Below the pieces are notes generated by a model, which saw nothing but the letters and a program-made list of their open reading frames with translations, made no database searches and had not been told where the DNA came from. From NCBI GenBank assembly GCA_001600695.1, contig BCKQ01000001.1, forward strand, positions 1,515,011 to 1,579,010: a stretch of 64,000 bases of DNA. The letters are read 5' to 3'. Both the position numbers and the translations under genes were made by a program. Origin of the DNA: Ascoidea asiatica JCM 7603 (Eukaryota > Fungi > Ascomycota). Below are positions 45,069-57,600 of this stretch, one piece after another. Within the stretch, counting starts at the first letter, position 1, and every line of letters starts with the position of its first letter.

Positions 45069-46091
45069 TTAATTCAAATTCATCAGATTACTGAAAGTCG
45101 AAATTTCATTTGAGCATGACATTTGATTAATTTGAAAAGACTCTTGACTACCATTTGGTTGATGAGTATCAATGTTACTTAAATTATTCAAATTGCTTAA
45201 ACTATTCAGGAGATTTATATTATTCATATTGTTATTTGAATTAGAATAACTTATAGAATGTATAGAATTTAGAGTCCGGGAATTAAGATTATTATTCATA
45301 ATATTTAAAGATGAAGTTAAGACTTGGATTTGATTCTCTAATTCTTTAATTTTCAAATTTTTTTTTTGAAGTATTTGTATTATTTGCTGCTTATTCATTT
45401 TCGAGGTTTGAGTAATTTCACGGTCCATACTATTTTCATTTTGATTTTTATTTTGATTTTCAGATTGATTTAATTTATTACACATTTGATTCTGTTTATT
45501 ATTTGAAGCGGTATTTGATTTATTTAATAGATTTGACTGCCCCACTTGTTCTACCTGCTTTGACTTTTGTGATAGATTTGATTTTTTGAAATGTTTTTGG
45601 TTATTTGATTCTTTTCCATTTTCTTGACTATTTTTTGATAAAATATTGCTTTTTTCACTTAATGTTCCCATTTTCTGATTTGGAGGTCTAATAACCTTGA
45701 TACCAGCGCGATTAATCATTCGTCTAATATATCTTGAACTAATTGGCTTTTCTGGATTATTAGGCTTAACTACTTTTTTAAATAAATCATTAACATAATC
45801 AAAAGACAAATAATTTTCATGATTTTCATAAGTTCTCAATAACTTCAAAAAACCTTCTTTTTCCTCATCACTAATCAATTTTTGTTTTTCGATTTTATCT
45901 TCCATAGAGCCACTTGTTTTTCTTAATTTTTTATAAAAACCGGATCTATCAATGGCGTAGTCTTTACAAATATCTGTTACTTTTCTTTTCCTTTCAAAAG
46001 ATCCTCGATTGATATATTCTTTAATTGCCAATTGATATCTTTGTTCCTTTTCTTTAATTTGTTCAAGTGACACAAATTTTTTCCTTGCCAT
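45069..46091 (-). CDS. Protein with a pogo/Fot1-like tandem HTH (psq + CENP-B/Tc5 type) DNA-binding module, N/Q-rich tail and coiled coil; no DDE domain
   Basis: EQRYQLAIKEY..KVTDICKDYAIDRSGFYKKL (HTH1) and KQKLISDEEKEGFLKLL..LSFDYVNDL..PISSRYIRRMINR (HTH2) follow the Fot1 transposase N-terminal pattern. Confidence 0.72.
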   Translation of the reverse strand: MARKKFVSLEQIKEKEQRYQLAIKEYINRGSFERKRKVTDICKDYAIDRSGFYKKLRKTSGSMEDKIEKQKLISDEEKEGFLKLLRTYENHENYLSFDYVNDLFKKVVKPNNPEKPISSRYIRRMINRAGIKVIRPPNQKMGTLSEKSNILSKNSQENGKESNNQKHFKKSNLSQKSKQVEQVGQSNLLNKSNTASNNKQNQMCNKLNQSENQNKNQNENSMDREITQTSKMNKQQIIQILQKKNLKIKELENQIQVLTSSLNIMNNNLNSRTLNSIHSISYSNSNNNMNNINLLNSLSNLNNLSNIDTHQPNGSQESFQINQMSCSNEISTFSNLMNLN

Positions 46092-46508
46092 ATTTACGAA
46101 GCTTTCCTAATAAACTTTCTCACATAACATTAAAAATAAAAACCATGAATACAATGAGATTTAACAATTATTAATCAAATATTTCCTCTTCCTTATTAAT
46201 ATTCCATCTCTTCCTTCTTTGCTTTATTTATCTTTCCTCTTTATTCAATTTAATCTTAATTCTACTCTTCTTTTGTTCCATTATTTTAAACTTCGAGCCT
46301 TTGTGCAAAAGCACCATGTGATCACAATCTCTCTCTTTTTCACTTTGTATCTTTTAACGCGAAAGTCGAAAAATAACGGTTAAAAAATATGAACGAACTT
46401 AAGTTACTGTTTATTTACCAATAACGATAGCCTAAACGTTACGTCGTTACTGAGAGTTTATTGTTTAATATCCGCTGGTTGAAGAAAACAAAATTATTTC
46501 CGCTTTTG

Positions 46509-46551
46509 ATTGGTGAAAGTAAGTTTTAAGAGTTAAACCCGCATCACGTGA
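46509..46551. promoter_or_regulatory. CCAAT box and Cbf1-type TCACGTGA upstream of ATM1
   Basis: ATTGG at 46509-46513; TCACGTGA at 46544-46551. Confidence 0.5.
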
Positions 46552-46794
46552 ATATATGTTTAATCATAAAGTTAAATTCACTCCGATTGTAGTTACAGTA
46601 GCCGGTAAAGCTTGAATTTATTGGATTCTATCCTTGAATTTTGATTTGCATCAGCTTGACTCAATAGATATAAAGACAATTGATAATGTTGATATTCTTC
46701 TTCTGAAACATTTCAAATAAATTGAATCATTTTAACCAAATCATTTATTTTTCTGATAACTCTGTTGGTTAGAGGTTTCTAAATTGGTATAGAA

Positions 46795-49020
46795 ATGATT
46801 ATAAGGTCTCCAGTTAGACCCTTTGTTTTTCTGATAAGAGAATTCAATTCTTTTAATTGCACCTCCAATAGTGGAAAAGCTTTATCGAATTTAGCTAGTG
46901 ATAATAAATCATATTTTTTCAAACCTAATGGTAATTTTTTATCCCATCAATTGTTTTTCACTTTAAATAAGAGAATTGATCCCAAATTTATTTTAAAAAA
47001 AGCTTTTTTTCATACAAATTCGTTAATTAATTCTCCTAAATCTGTTAATTCTAACAATTCTGAAAATTCTGTTAAATCATCTGATAAATTAACATCAAGT
47101 TCAAAGCCTAAAAAAGCTCTTTCAACAGAAATTTTTGATAATACTAAAATTTCAGAAAGAGATATCTTGAAAGAATTACTTACAAAGTTATGGCCTAAAA
47201 ATAATCCATGGGCTAAATCAAGAGTAGTAATTGCACTTTCATTATTAATTTCTGCAAAATTATTGAATGTTCAAGTTCCTTTTTTTTTCAAATCAATTAT
47301 TGATGGCATGAATATAGACTGGCTTACTGAAGCGGGAACTGTAACAACATTAATTGGTGGAACAATTTTGGCATATGGTACTGCAAGATTTGGTGCTGTA
47401 TTATTTGGTGAATTAAGAAATGCTGTATTTGCAAGAGTTGCTCAAAATGCTATAAATAAAGTAGCTCATGATACTTTTGTTCATTTATTAAATTTAGATC
47501 TTGGTTTTCATTTAGCTAAACAAACTGGTGGTTTAACTAGAGCTATAGATAGAGGTACAAAAGGTATTTCATATGTTTTAACTGCAATGGTCTTTCATAT
47601 ATTACCAATTTCTTTTGAAATTACAATGGTTTGTTCTATTTTGACTTATAATTATGGTATGCAATTTGCTGCTATTACTTTTGCAACAATGCTAGCATAC
47701 TCAATTTTTACAATCAGAACTACAACTTGGAGGACCGCTTTTAGAAGACAGACAAATAAAGCTGATAATCAAGCTGCAAGTATTGCTTTAGATTCTTTAA
47801 TAAATTATGAAGCTGTTAAATATTTTAATAATGAAGCATTTCAAGTTTCGAAATATGATAAAGCTTTAAGAAAATATAATGATGCAAAAGTTAAAGTGGC
47901 AACTTCTTTAGCTTTCTTAAATTCTGGTCAAAATTTTATTTTTACTTCCGCTTTAACTTCAATGATGTATCTTGCTTGTCATGGTGTTTCAACAGGTTCA
48001 TTAACTGTAGGAGATTTGGTTCTTATTAATCAATTAGTATTTCAATTATCCGTTCCTTTAAATTTTTTGGGTTCTGTCTATAGAGATCTTAAACAATCTT
48101 TACTCGACATGGAATCTTTATTCAAGGTTAATTTAGTTCCAATTAAGATTAAAGATTCTCCAAATGCAAAACCTTTAGTTTTAACTGGTGGTAAAATTGA
48201 GTTTGTTAATGTCACTTTTGGTTATCATCCTGATAGAAAAATTCTTAAAGATATTTCTTTCGTAATTCCTGCTGGTCAAAAAGTCGCATTAGTTGGTCCT
48301 TCAGGTTCTGGAAAATCTACAATTTTGAAATTAATTTTTAGATTTTATGATGTTGATAGTGGAAAGATTTTGATTGATGGTCAAGATATTAGAGACGTCT
48401 CTTTAGAAACTTTAAGAAAAGCAATTGGAGTAGTTCCTCAAGATACTCCTTTATTTAATGAATCCATTATTGAAAATATAAGATATGGTAATTTGAATGC
48501 AACTGATGATGAAGTTAATACGGCTATTCAAGAAGCTAAATTATCAGGATTAATAAAAGATTTACCTGATGGTGTTAATACAATTGTTGGGGAAAGAGGT
48601 ATGATGATATCTGGTGGTGAAAAACAAAGATTAGCAATTGCTCGATTACTTTTAAAGAAAGCTCCAATCACTTTTTTTGATGAAGCAACTTCTGCCTTAG
48701 ATACTCAAACTGAGCAAGCTTTACTTAAGGAAATTAGATCAATTTTTGATAAAAATAATAGTACTCAAGTTTCAATTGCACATAGATTAAGAACAATTGC
48801 TGATAGTGATAAAATTATCGTTCTTAAAAAAGGTAAAGTAAAGGAAGAAGGTAATCATTATCAATTATTGCAATCAAAGGATTCTTTATATTCCGAATTA
48901 TGGAATATTCAAGAAAATTTGGATCTTGAAGAACAAATGTTGAAAGAAGATGAATCTAGAGTTAAGAAATTAAAGGCTCAAATGCAAGAAAAATTAGGTG
49001 TTAATGAGAAACATGCTTAA
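46795..49020 (+). CDS. ATM1: Mitochondrial ABC half-transporter Atm1
   Basis: [25 protein letters not shown], Walker [10 protein letters not shown] and signature ISGGEKQR; presequence. Confidence 0.98.
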   Translation: MIIRSPVRPFVFLIREFNSFNCTSNSGKALSNLASDNKSYFFKPNGNFLSHQLFFTLNKRIDPKFILKKAFFHTNSLINSPKSVNSNNSENSVKSSDKLTSSSKPKKALSTEIFDNTKISERDILKELLTKLWPKNNPWAKSRVVIALSLLISAKLLNVQVPFFFKSIIDGMNIDWLTEAGTVTTLIGGTILAYGTARFGAVLFGELRNAVFARVAQNAINKVAHDTFVHLLNLDLGFHLAKQTGGLTRAIDRGTKGISYVLTAMVFHILPISFEITMVCSILTYNYGMQFAAITFATMLAYSIFTIRTTTWRTAFRRQTNKADNQAASIALDSLINYEAVKYFNNEAFQVSKYDKALRKYNDAKVKVATSLAFLNSGQNFIFTSALTSMMYLACHGVSTGSLTVGDLVLINQLVFQLSVPLNFLGSVYRDLKQSLLDMESLFKVNLVPIKIKDSPNAKPLVLTGGKIEFVNVTFGYHPDRKILKDISFVIPAGQKVALVGPSGSGKSTILKLIFRFYDVDSGKILIDGQDIRDVSLETLRKAIGVVPQDTPLFNESIIENIRYGNLNATDDEVNTAIQEAKLSGLIKDLPDGVNTIVGERGMMISGGEKQRLAIARLLLKKAPITFFDEATSALDTQTEQALLKEIRSIFDKNNSTQVSIAHRLRTIADSDKIIVLKKGKVKEEGNHYQLLQSKDSLYSELWNIQENLDLEEQMLKEDESRVKKLKAQMQEKLGVNEKHA

Positions 49021-49410
49021 TCAATAAAATAATTCAATAAATTAATTGCTACCTTTTGGACATATATCAAGTCTGCTTATAAATATAAATTCTTAATATT
49101 TTCTTGTATAGTAATGATAGATTTTTTAACTAATTTCCTAATATAAATTTTTGTTTTTGATTTTTTTGAAGGATGCATATATGAATATATATTAAAGTAC
49201 ATGTTGAAGAATCATCAAGAAGTGAAAAAAAGTGCAAAAAAAATTGCTAGATAGTTTATAAAAGTAAGAAAAAAAACTATCATTGAAAATTAATAAAAAA
49301 ATAAATGCCATCATATCTAAGACTTGAAATTAACTTAACTGTTGAATTCAAGTAATTTCGTTAAAAAAAAAAGTGTTGCACACATAAAACTAAAATAAAC
49401 TAAAGGCTTA

Positions 49411-52245
49411 TTAAAATAATCCATCGATTTCTCCATCATCGTTTACTTCAACATCCATGAAGCCGCAATGAGTTGGTAAGCCAGGAATTGTTTGGATTTC
49501 AGCCGCTAAAGCATAAAGATATCCAGCCCCAATACTAGCTCTAACATCTCTAATAGGAAATGTAAAACCAGTAGGAACACCTTTCAAAGAAGCATCGTGG
49601 GATAAAGAATATTGAGTTTTTGCAATACAAATTGGTAAATTGCCAAATCCTTGTTTAGTGTATAAGTCAATCTTTTTTTGAGCTTCCGGTAAAAATTCAA
49701 CTTTTCCAGCACCATACATAACTTTAGCAATAGTGGAGATTTTATTTTCAACTGAATCATTAGTTGGATATAAAAATTTAAAGTCTTTTGGTAAGCTTGA
49801 AGCTTCAATAACACCTTTTGCAAGATCTACTGCACCTTTCCCACCTTCTTCCCAGTGGTTAGAAACAATAGCATCAACTGCACCAGCTTTGAGTGAAGCC
49901 TCACGAATAATTTCATGTTCTTTTTCAGTATCAGAAGTCATTTTATTTATGGCAACTACAACAGGTAAACCATATTGTTTTGCATTTGAAATATGTTTTG
50001 CTAAATTAGCACAACCTTTTGATAATAATTCAATATTTTCTTGAGTATATTCTGGAGCTAAGGCAGTACCTGCTTTAACTTCAGGTCCTCCACCATGAAC
50101 TTTCAATGCCCTGACGGTTGCAACAATGACAACTACATCAGGAACTAATCCAGATGATCTACATTTGATATTAATGAATCTTTCACCTCCCATTGTAAAA
50201 TCAAAACCAGCTTCAGTAATAACATATCCTTCTTCTTCTTTGGTTTGTTTTTCAGATAAATTTTGATCAACACCTGCAAGTTTTAAAGCAATTTTATCAG
50301 AAAGGATTGAATTAGCACCAATAGAAATATTAGCAAAAGGACCAGCATGAATGAAAACTGGAGTTCCCTCTAATGTTTGCATAATAGTAGGCTTTATGGC
50401 ATCAACCAAAAGAGCTGTTAAAGCACCAGCAGCTCCAATATCTTCACATGTAATTGGTACACCGGCTTTAGAAGAGGCAATAACAATTTTTCCTAATCTT
50501 TCTCTTAAATCCGGTAAAGAGTTAGCTAGAGCTAAAATTGCCATACATTCAGACGCAACAGAAATATCAAAACCAGTTTTTCTTGTCATTCCTCTTTCAG
50601 TTGGAGCTTCGCCTATGGTAATACCTCTAAGGAATCTATCATTACAATCAACAACTCTTTTCCAAGTGATTGATTCTGGATCAATATCTAATCTTGCAAA
50701 TTTAGTAACTTCTTCTGGAGTTAAATCATTTGGATCAGTTTTATTTATTTCTAATTTTTCTAATCTTTTTAACATTGAAGGAGTGAACTTTCTAATACCT
50801 TTTTTAGTTGAAACTAATCTTCTATATAAAGGACCATCTTTTTGAGTATTTTCATGAAAAATTCTAGTATCAATTGCAGCAGCTAATAAATTATTCGCCA
50901 TTGAAATAGCATGAATATCACCAGTTAAATGCATATTAAATTCATCCATTGGAATAACTTGAGAATAACCACCACCTGCAGCACCACCTTTAATACCAAA
51001 AGTTGGGCCCATTGATGGTTGACGGACATTTGCAAAAACAGTTTTTTTCAAATGAGCACCTAAAGCTTGAGCTAAACCAACAGTTGTAGTTGATTTTCCT
51101 TCACCTAACGGAGTTGGGGTTATACCAGTAACAAGAATATATTTACCATTTTTTTTATCTTTCAATCTATTTAAAATTGATAATTTAACTTTTGCTTTTG
51201 TTGAACCATAAGGTTCTAATTCAGAAGACAAAATTCCAGATTCTTTTGCAATTTTTGTAATTTCTTTTGGTTTTTGATCTCTTGAAATTTCATAATCTGA
51301 AGGAACTGGTTTTAATAAATTTAAAGGTAATGGAATAAAATTTTCTTTTGTAAAAGAAGAACCTAAAGAATAAAATCTTTTTGCAGAGATTAAAACATTG
51401 TCAAGTAACATTGCAACAGTCATTGGGCCAACTCCACCAGGAACAGGAGTTATTTTTGAAGCAATTTGAGAAACCGAATCAAAATCAACATCACCAACCA
51501 TTCTTGCACCTGATTTTTTTGAGGAGTCTGGGATAAAATTTGTACCAACATCAATTACAATAACATTTTTTTTTAAATTATCTTTATTTAAAAAGTTTGG
51601 TTTACCAATTGCAGAAACTATAATATCAGCATTTTTCAAATAATAATCAATATTTTTTGATTTTGAGTGTAAAATTGTAACAGTTGAATTCTGATCTTTT
51701 AATAAGTTTGCAACTGGAGAACCAACAATATCAGATCTACCTAAAACAACAGAGTTTGTACCATCTAAATTAATTTTTTCAAATTCTAATAATTTCATAA
51801 TACCTTTTGGAGTAGCTGGTTTAAAAAAAGGATTACCATTTTTTTTAAATAATTCACCAATATTATTTGAGTTAAAACCATCAACATCTTTTTTTGGTGA
51901 AACTGAATTTGTTATAATTTTTTCATTTAAATGAGATGGTAAAGGTAGTTGAACAATGATTCCATGAATTTTAGAATCATTATTTAAAATTTCAATTTTT
52001 TCAATTAATTCATCATTTGTAATTGAAGTTGGTAATTTTAATAAATGACAAATTATTTTACTTTCTTTTGCAGCTTTAATTTTCATTTTTACATAAGTTG
52101 AAGAATCTTTTCTTTCACCAACTTGAATAATTGTAAAAGATGGTAAAAAATTTGAATTTTTACATTGTAATGAAGTTATTTCTTTTTCGATATTTGAACG
52201 AATAATTGAAGCAATTGCTTTACCATCAATTTTTTCTGCAGTCAT
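49411..52245 (-). CDS. ADE3: Cytoplasmic C1-tetrahydrofolate synthase
   Basis: DH/CH domain (KDVDG, TPVPGGVGPMT) plus synthetase domain (TPTPLGEGKSTT); no presequence, so ADE3 rather than MIS1. Confidence 0.95.
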   Translation of the reverse strand: MTAEKIDGKAIASIIRSNIEKEITSLQCKNSNFLPSFTIIQVGERKDSSTYVKMKIKAAKESKIICHLLKLPTSITNDELIEKIEILNNDSKIHGIIVQLPLPSHLNEKIITNSVSPKKDVDGFNSNNIGELFKKNGNPFFKPATPKGIMKLLEFEKINLDGTNSVVLGRSDIVGSPVANLLKDQNSTVTILHSKSKNIDYYLKNADIIVSAIGKPNFLNKDNLKKNVIVIDVGTNFIPDSSKKSGARMVGDVDFDSVSQIASKITPVPGGVGPMTVAMLLDNVLISAKRFYSLGSSFTKENFIPLPLNLLKPVPSDYEISRDQKPKEITKIAKESGILSSELEPYGSTKAKVKLSILNRLKDKKNGKYILVTGITPTPLGEGKSTTTVGLAQALGAHLKKTVFANVRQPSMGPTFGIKGGAAGGGYSQVIPMDEFNMHLTGDIHAISMANNLLAAAIDTRIFHENTQKDGPLYRRLVSTKKGIRKFTPSMLKRLEKLEINKTDPNDLTPEEVTKFARLDIDPESITWKRVVDCNDRFLRGITIGEAPTERGMTRKTGFDISVASECMAILALANSLPDLRERLGKIVIASSKAGVPITCEDIGAAGALTALLVDAIKPTIMQTLEGTPVFIHAGPFANISIGANSILSDKIALKLAGVDQNLSEKQTKEEEGYVITEAGFDFTMGGERFINIKCRSSGLVPDVVVIVATVRALKVHGGGPEVKAGTALAPEYTQENIELLSKGCANLAKHISNAKQYGLPVVVAINKMTSDTEKEHEIIREASLKAGAVDAIVSNHWEEGGKGAVDLAKGVIEASSLPKDFKFLYPTNDSVENKISTIAKVMYGAGKVEFLPEAQKKIDLYTKQGFGNLPICIAKTQYSLSHDASLKGVPTGFTFPIRDVRASIGAGYLYALAAEIQTIPGLPTHCGFMDVEVNDDGEIDGLF

Positions 52246-52609
52246 TTTAAAAGAAACCAGATACTAATTAAAATAAAGACAAAGAGATAAAAAAAGTAAT
52301 GATTACTATTGAAGTCTTATTCAATTCTTATTGAATAATGTATAAATGCTTAATGGAGGATTAATTAGTGTTTATTAATCAATATTGAATTAAATATGAG
52401 TAATAATTTAGGTAAAAAACAGGGTTTTTATATAAATTTTGATAAGTCGAAATTAAAACTCGATTTATACGATAAAAATTGAAAAAACGTTGAGATTTAC
52501 GGAAGAATGCGATCACAGGAGTACCGATGAATTGGTTTCAAAGATTTAATTCAAATGGATACATAGTTAAATTATATTTAATAGTTTAAATTATGGTTAA
52601 AAAGAGAAA

Positions 52610-53458
52610 CTAAGAAGTTATTACATTATTAAAAGAACCTTCAGCTTCTTTAATTTCCCAAAAAGTTTTATTAACATCATGATTACCATAATATTTCCAA
52701 CCTTTTTCAGTTACATGATAAAGATTAATTGAACCACCAGAATAAGCATCTCTATGAGTTGCGGCTAAAATTGATCTTTTACCTAATTTTAAAGCTTCAT
52801 CAACAGATAAATCCCATTTATAATTTGAATCAAGTACACCATAAGCAAAAGTTTGACCAGAACCAACACAAAATATTTCACCTTTTAATCTTGTACCGTC
52901 AGAATCTACATAATAAATTGAAGGACCTTCTTTTTTTGTATAACCACAAATCATTGTACCCATTGATAAACCCATACCTTTATATTGATAAACTAAATTT
53001 GATAAGATTTTGGAAGCAGCAGCAATTGAAATTCTTTCTTTATTTCTTAATTCATGTAATCTACATTGAGAACCTAACCAAGTTTCCCAAAATTGACAAT
53101 CTGCAGCACCACCTGCCATTGTACCTAATAAAAATGGATTAATTTCTATAACTTTTTTAACAGTTTGAGATGCAATCCAAGAGCCTGCACTTGCTCTTGA
53201 ATCTACAGCTACAATTATACCATGTTTAAATCTAAATGCTAAAGTTGTAGTACCATGAGCAATTTTAATTTTTGCATCTGGATTAATACTATCATCAGTA
53301 TTTGCTCTAAGAAATTTAGTAGGTTGAGTAATTGGTGGTAAAGAAATTGATGGTGCAATATTTGAATTTAATGAAAGTTTATTAAAATCTTGTATATTTG
53401 AATCAAAATCATGATCTGAGTGAGATTGATTATTTAATTTATTAATTATAGCATTCAT
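52610..53458 (-). CDS. PRE2: 20S proteasome beta-5 subunit precursor
   Basis: IAHG|TTTLAFRF processing site and [10 protein letters not shown]. Confidence 0.98.
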   Translation of the reverse strand: MNAIINKLNNQSHSDHDFDSNIQDFNKLSLNSNIAPSISLPPITQPTKFLRANTDDSINPDAKIKIAHGTTTLAFRFKHGIIVAVDSRASAGSWIASQTVKKVIEINPFLLGTMAGGAADCQFWETWLGSQCRLHELRNKERISIAAASKILSNLVYQYKGMGLSMGTMICGYTKKEGPSIYYVDSDGTRLKGEIFCVGSGQTFAYGVLDSNYKWDLSVDEALKLGKRSILAATHRDAYSGGSINLYHVTEKGWKYYGNHDVNKTFWEIKEAEGSFNNVITS

Positions 53459-53659
53459 GATTGAGAATGTATTTGATTAAATAGAATTGAATTGAAATGA
53501 ATTGAATTAAACCAAGGAATATATAATAAGTGTATTGAATATGATAAGATGAAAAGTATTTTGTTATATTCTGGTTTGATTCAGGTTCAGATTCAGGTTC
53601 AGATTCAAACTCTTCATCGCTATCTTCTCAGACACCATAAAAGATAAAAACAGACTGAT

Positions 53660-53667
53660 GGTGGCAA
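53660..53667. promoter_or_regulatory. Rpn4 (PACE) site upstream of PRE2
   Basis: GGTGGCAA ~200 bp upstream of a proteasome gene. Confidence 0.7.
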
Positions 53668-54629
53668 GTCCACTGGGAAAAGCGAAAAAGAAAGACCGGC
53701 TAGTCACGTTGATAAGTGACGCCGGAAATGTGGAAGTAGTATGATAATATTGGAGCTGGTTTCAGGCGTATTGAATATATTAGTGTGGCTGGTGTGTTGC
53801 CTGTTTCTTGTAGTCCGGTGTCGGAGAAAAGAGGAACAATAAGCACATCTCGCGCTTGGCACAGGGGAAGCTCCAAGGGCGGTGTGATATCATACTGCAA
53901 AGGCAACTGCAAACAGACCAGAACCACCTGAGATCTCAGAAACAGTCTGCAGAAGAGCAGTCTGAGGATAATGCATTTGAGTAATTTCTTCATTCATTTG
54001 CTCTTTCATCTCCATCACCAAAACTATCTTAGCGTTTAATTGTCTCCATTGTCTTCATCATTTTAATCATCTTCTCTCAAGATTCAATTCAATATACATA
54101 AAACCATTTCTCATTACTCTTTTGAATTGATCTTCTGCTACTTTTCTATCTCTTTTTTTCAATATCTTGCTATCCTTACTGCATATTGCTTTCTCATCTC
54201 AATTCATATCAGTCATATCATTCAAATAATACATACCATTCATTCATAAATATTCTTAATCAATTCAACTCATTTCAATTCTTTTTAGCATTACTATAAA
54301 TTCATTCAAATCAAATCATCTAATACAATTGTAATAAATAGTATAAAAAATCATTCCTCTTTTGATCAATTAGGAAATTGAAAATTACAAATCAAATTAC
54401 AAATCAGAAAAAAAATCAATAAAAAAAAAAATCATTAAAAAAAAAAATTAAAAGGTATTCGATTATTCATTATTATTTTGTGACGTATGTTTTTAATAAG
54501 TTTAAATATAAATTTAAATTTAATCACAAATACATATACAAAATTATTAAAATTACTAAAATTATCTAATCTTCAATAAATAAAATTTATAATTCAATCA
54601 AATCACATACTTATTTATCTATATATTCA

Positions 54630-57600
54630 ATGGATGGTTTAAACTCATCTAATTCTAATCATGATAAAAAAATAAATCCTGACATAAATAGTAATAAAAG
54701 TAATAACAGTAGTAGTAGAAGTAACTTAACTAATCAATTTCAATATAATTCAAGTACTTCTTATCCTTCCTTATTATCTATATATTCTCAACCACAATTT
54801 TTTCGTTCAAGGCCTATATCTACTTCAAATCCTATTCAAAACAGGCAATCCATAAATAATTCTTCAAATGATCAAAATGATTTAATCGAAAAAAAGAGGG
54901 ATTCAAAATCCTCAAAACCTTCAATTGCTTCAAAATTGAATATAAATAATTCTTTAATTACAAATTCTTTAATAGATTCAAGTCTTATACATTCCATGAC
55001 AAATAATTCTAATTCTTCAATTGATTTATATAATAATTCTCGTCAATTAAATGATAATATAAATGATAATGGTTATTCATTTGATAATAATTTTTTAAAT
55101 TCTCCTGCTTTATCTAATTCTTTAATTTCTCAAAATAATTTAATCTCAAATTCAATTTCAAATTCATTATCCAATTCAAATAATAAAATTAAAAGAAGTC
55201 AAACTTTAAATTTCGAAATTAATTCAAATGATAATATTGATAAGTTATCTAATCCGAATCCACATTCAAATATAAAACCAAAATCAAAAATTTCTTTATC
55301 TAATTTATCTAAATATCTAAATGAAAAAAAAGTTAAGTCTAACAATAATGATCTTAATACTAATATAAATGATAATGAAAAAGATAGTGACAATGATATA
55401 ATAAAAAATGATTCAAAATATTCAAAAAATTCAAAAAATTTTCCACCCAAATTTTCAAAATCAAATAAACTGTGGAATCTGATTAATTTTTCCGAAAAAA
55501 ATAATCAAAAGCTATTAATTAATAAAAGATTAAATACAATAAATAATTCCAAAACAAATATTAAAAATAAGAACAATAAAAATATAGATATCATTAGTAA
55601 TAATGACAATAACAATAACAATAATAAAAACTCAGAAAATTTTGATCTTAGTTTAAATTCATCTTCATCTTCTCCTTCTTTTTCTCAAACTCTTAGAACA
55701 AGCCAGACTTTTCCAAAATGTTCAACGCTTTTAGAAAGAGATTTCCCTGTAGAAATGGCTGCTTTTTCTTTATTACAAAAAGATCATAATGGTGAATATC
55801 ATATAATATCTGATAATGATTATTTAAATTTAAATTCAAATAATTCAAATAATTTAAATGATAATATCATAAACTCAACTTCAGATCTACAGCGACATAA
55901 TGATAACAATGACATTGATAAGAAAAGTCCCTATTTAAAACAAGAAGCTTATCTCTCTTTAAGTTTTTCTCATCGATCTTTAAATAATTATGATAATTAT
56001 GATAATTATAACATTGAAAAAAATTCTATTAATAATACTTCAAATACCAATATTGATGATTCATATAATGAAAATTCTACTCTTTCAAAATATGGTGGTG
56101 CAATTATACCTTCAAAAGATTTTACTCCAAATTATAAAACAAAAAATTCAAAAACTAAAAAACTTGGTTTAACAAGAGCTCATGTACCTGATGCAACTTT
56201 ATTATCTTTATTAAATAATCAAAAGTCATCTGATTTAAATGGTTTTATAAAAAATACAATTTTACATCCAACTGTTTCAATTTATCATAATTTTGAGGAA
56301 TTAATTGGTTTAGAAGATGAATATATTCCTGGTGTAGATTTTAAAAATTCTTTATTTAATTGGTTCAAAACTGAAGATGAGTTAGAAAAATTCGGTCAAT
56401 TACAAAATTTCAATCTTAAAAAAATCAAATTACTAAAAAAGTCTTCTACAAAAAAAAGTTTTTTCCCAAAAAATTCTTCACCAAAAAAATCTATTTTTAA
56501 AAGTACAGATGAATCACGAAATAGAAATAATTATCCAGTAATTGATGATGAAATTTTGCCAAATAATATTCCAATTTCTAATAAAAGTCCTGAAAAATTA
56601 AGTCTTTTATTTAATTCTTCAAATGATTTAAAAATTGAGAATAAAACAAATTCAAAAATAAAAACAAAAATAAAACCCAAAAATGACAATAAAAATGGAA
56701 ATGAAAATAAAAATGTAAGTAAAATTGATGATTTCACTGATCTTCATTATTTTAATTCAAATTTTTTTAATGAAAATCTTAAAAATTATAATAAGGATAT
56801 CTCAAATTTTGATAATGTTTTGGAAAATGAGAAAAATTATGATAATTTTCATGGTGGTCATAAAAAAATTGGGTTAACTAAAAAAATTTTAGAAGGAACT
56901 TCCAATAAAATTTTAAAACCGACTCAATATCATGGAACAATTATAACAAGAGATGTAAATCCAGATAGAGAAAGAAAAAAACTTCATTCTGATAATCATC
57001 CTTTTATGCATCCGACAAGTTTACCATCCTCTTTAAATCTAATATCACCAGAATTAGTTAATGTTAATAAATTTTTACCTATAGGTGAACCACATAGATC
57101 ATCATCAATTTCAGAAACTGTTTTATTACCTAAAGTTGTTAAAGGTTCAAACTCTTCAACCTCAAATAGTATAGAAACAAATTCCCCAGTATCCTTTTTC
57201 AATGATAATAGTTCCTCAGCTAATTTTTCAAGTAATTTATCAGCCAATTTATCTAGTAATTTATCAGAAAGTATATCGGATTTAGATTATGAGAAATCAT
57301 TAGATAAATTACCAAAAAATTTTTCTTCTTTAAATTTTGTTCAAAGAAATAAATTATTATCAAAAATATCACCAGATGGTGATTATAAAACACTTTTACC
57401 ATATGCTAGGAAAAAATTTCCAGAATTAAGAAAAAGAAAATCAGATGCTTCAGCATTTTTATCTAGTATTAATTCATCAATTGGTGTTAAAAATCCAGAA
57501 AAATTACAAAAATTAAATTCAAAATTAAAAAATAATAATAATAATAATAATAGTAATAGTTTGAAATCTAAGAATGATGATTCATCTCCAAAGGATAATG

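Noticed and set aside
53700-53993. 97-aa ORF upstream of PRE2
   Set aside because: Falls in a GC-rich promoter island; atypical codon usage; no motif.
54485-54490. GTATGT upstream of NNK1 as a possible leader intron
   Set aside because: No canonical branch point and no suitably placed AG before the ATG.
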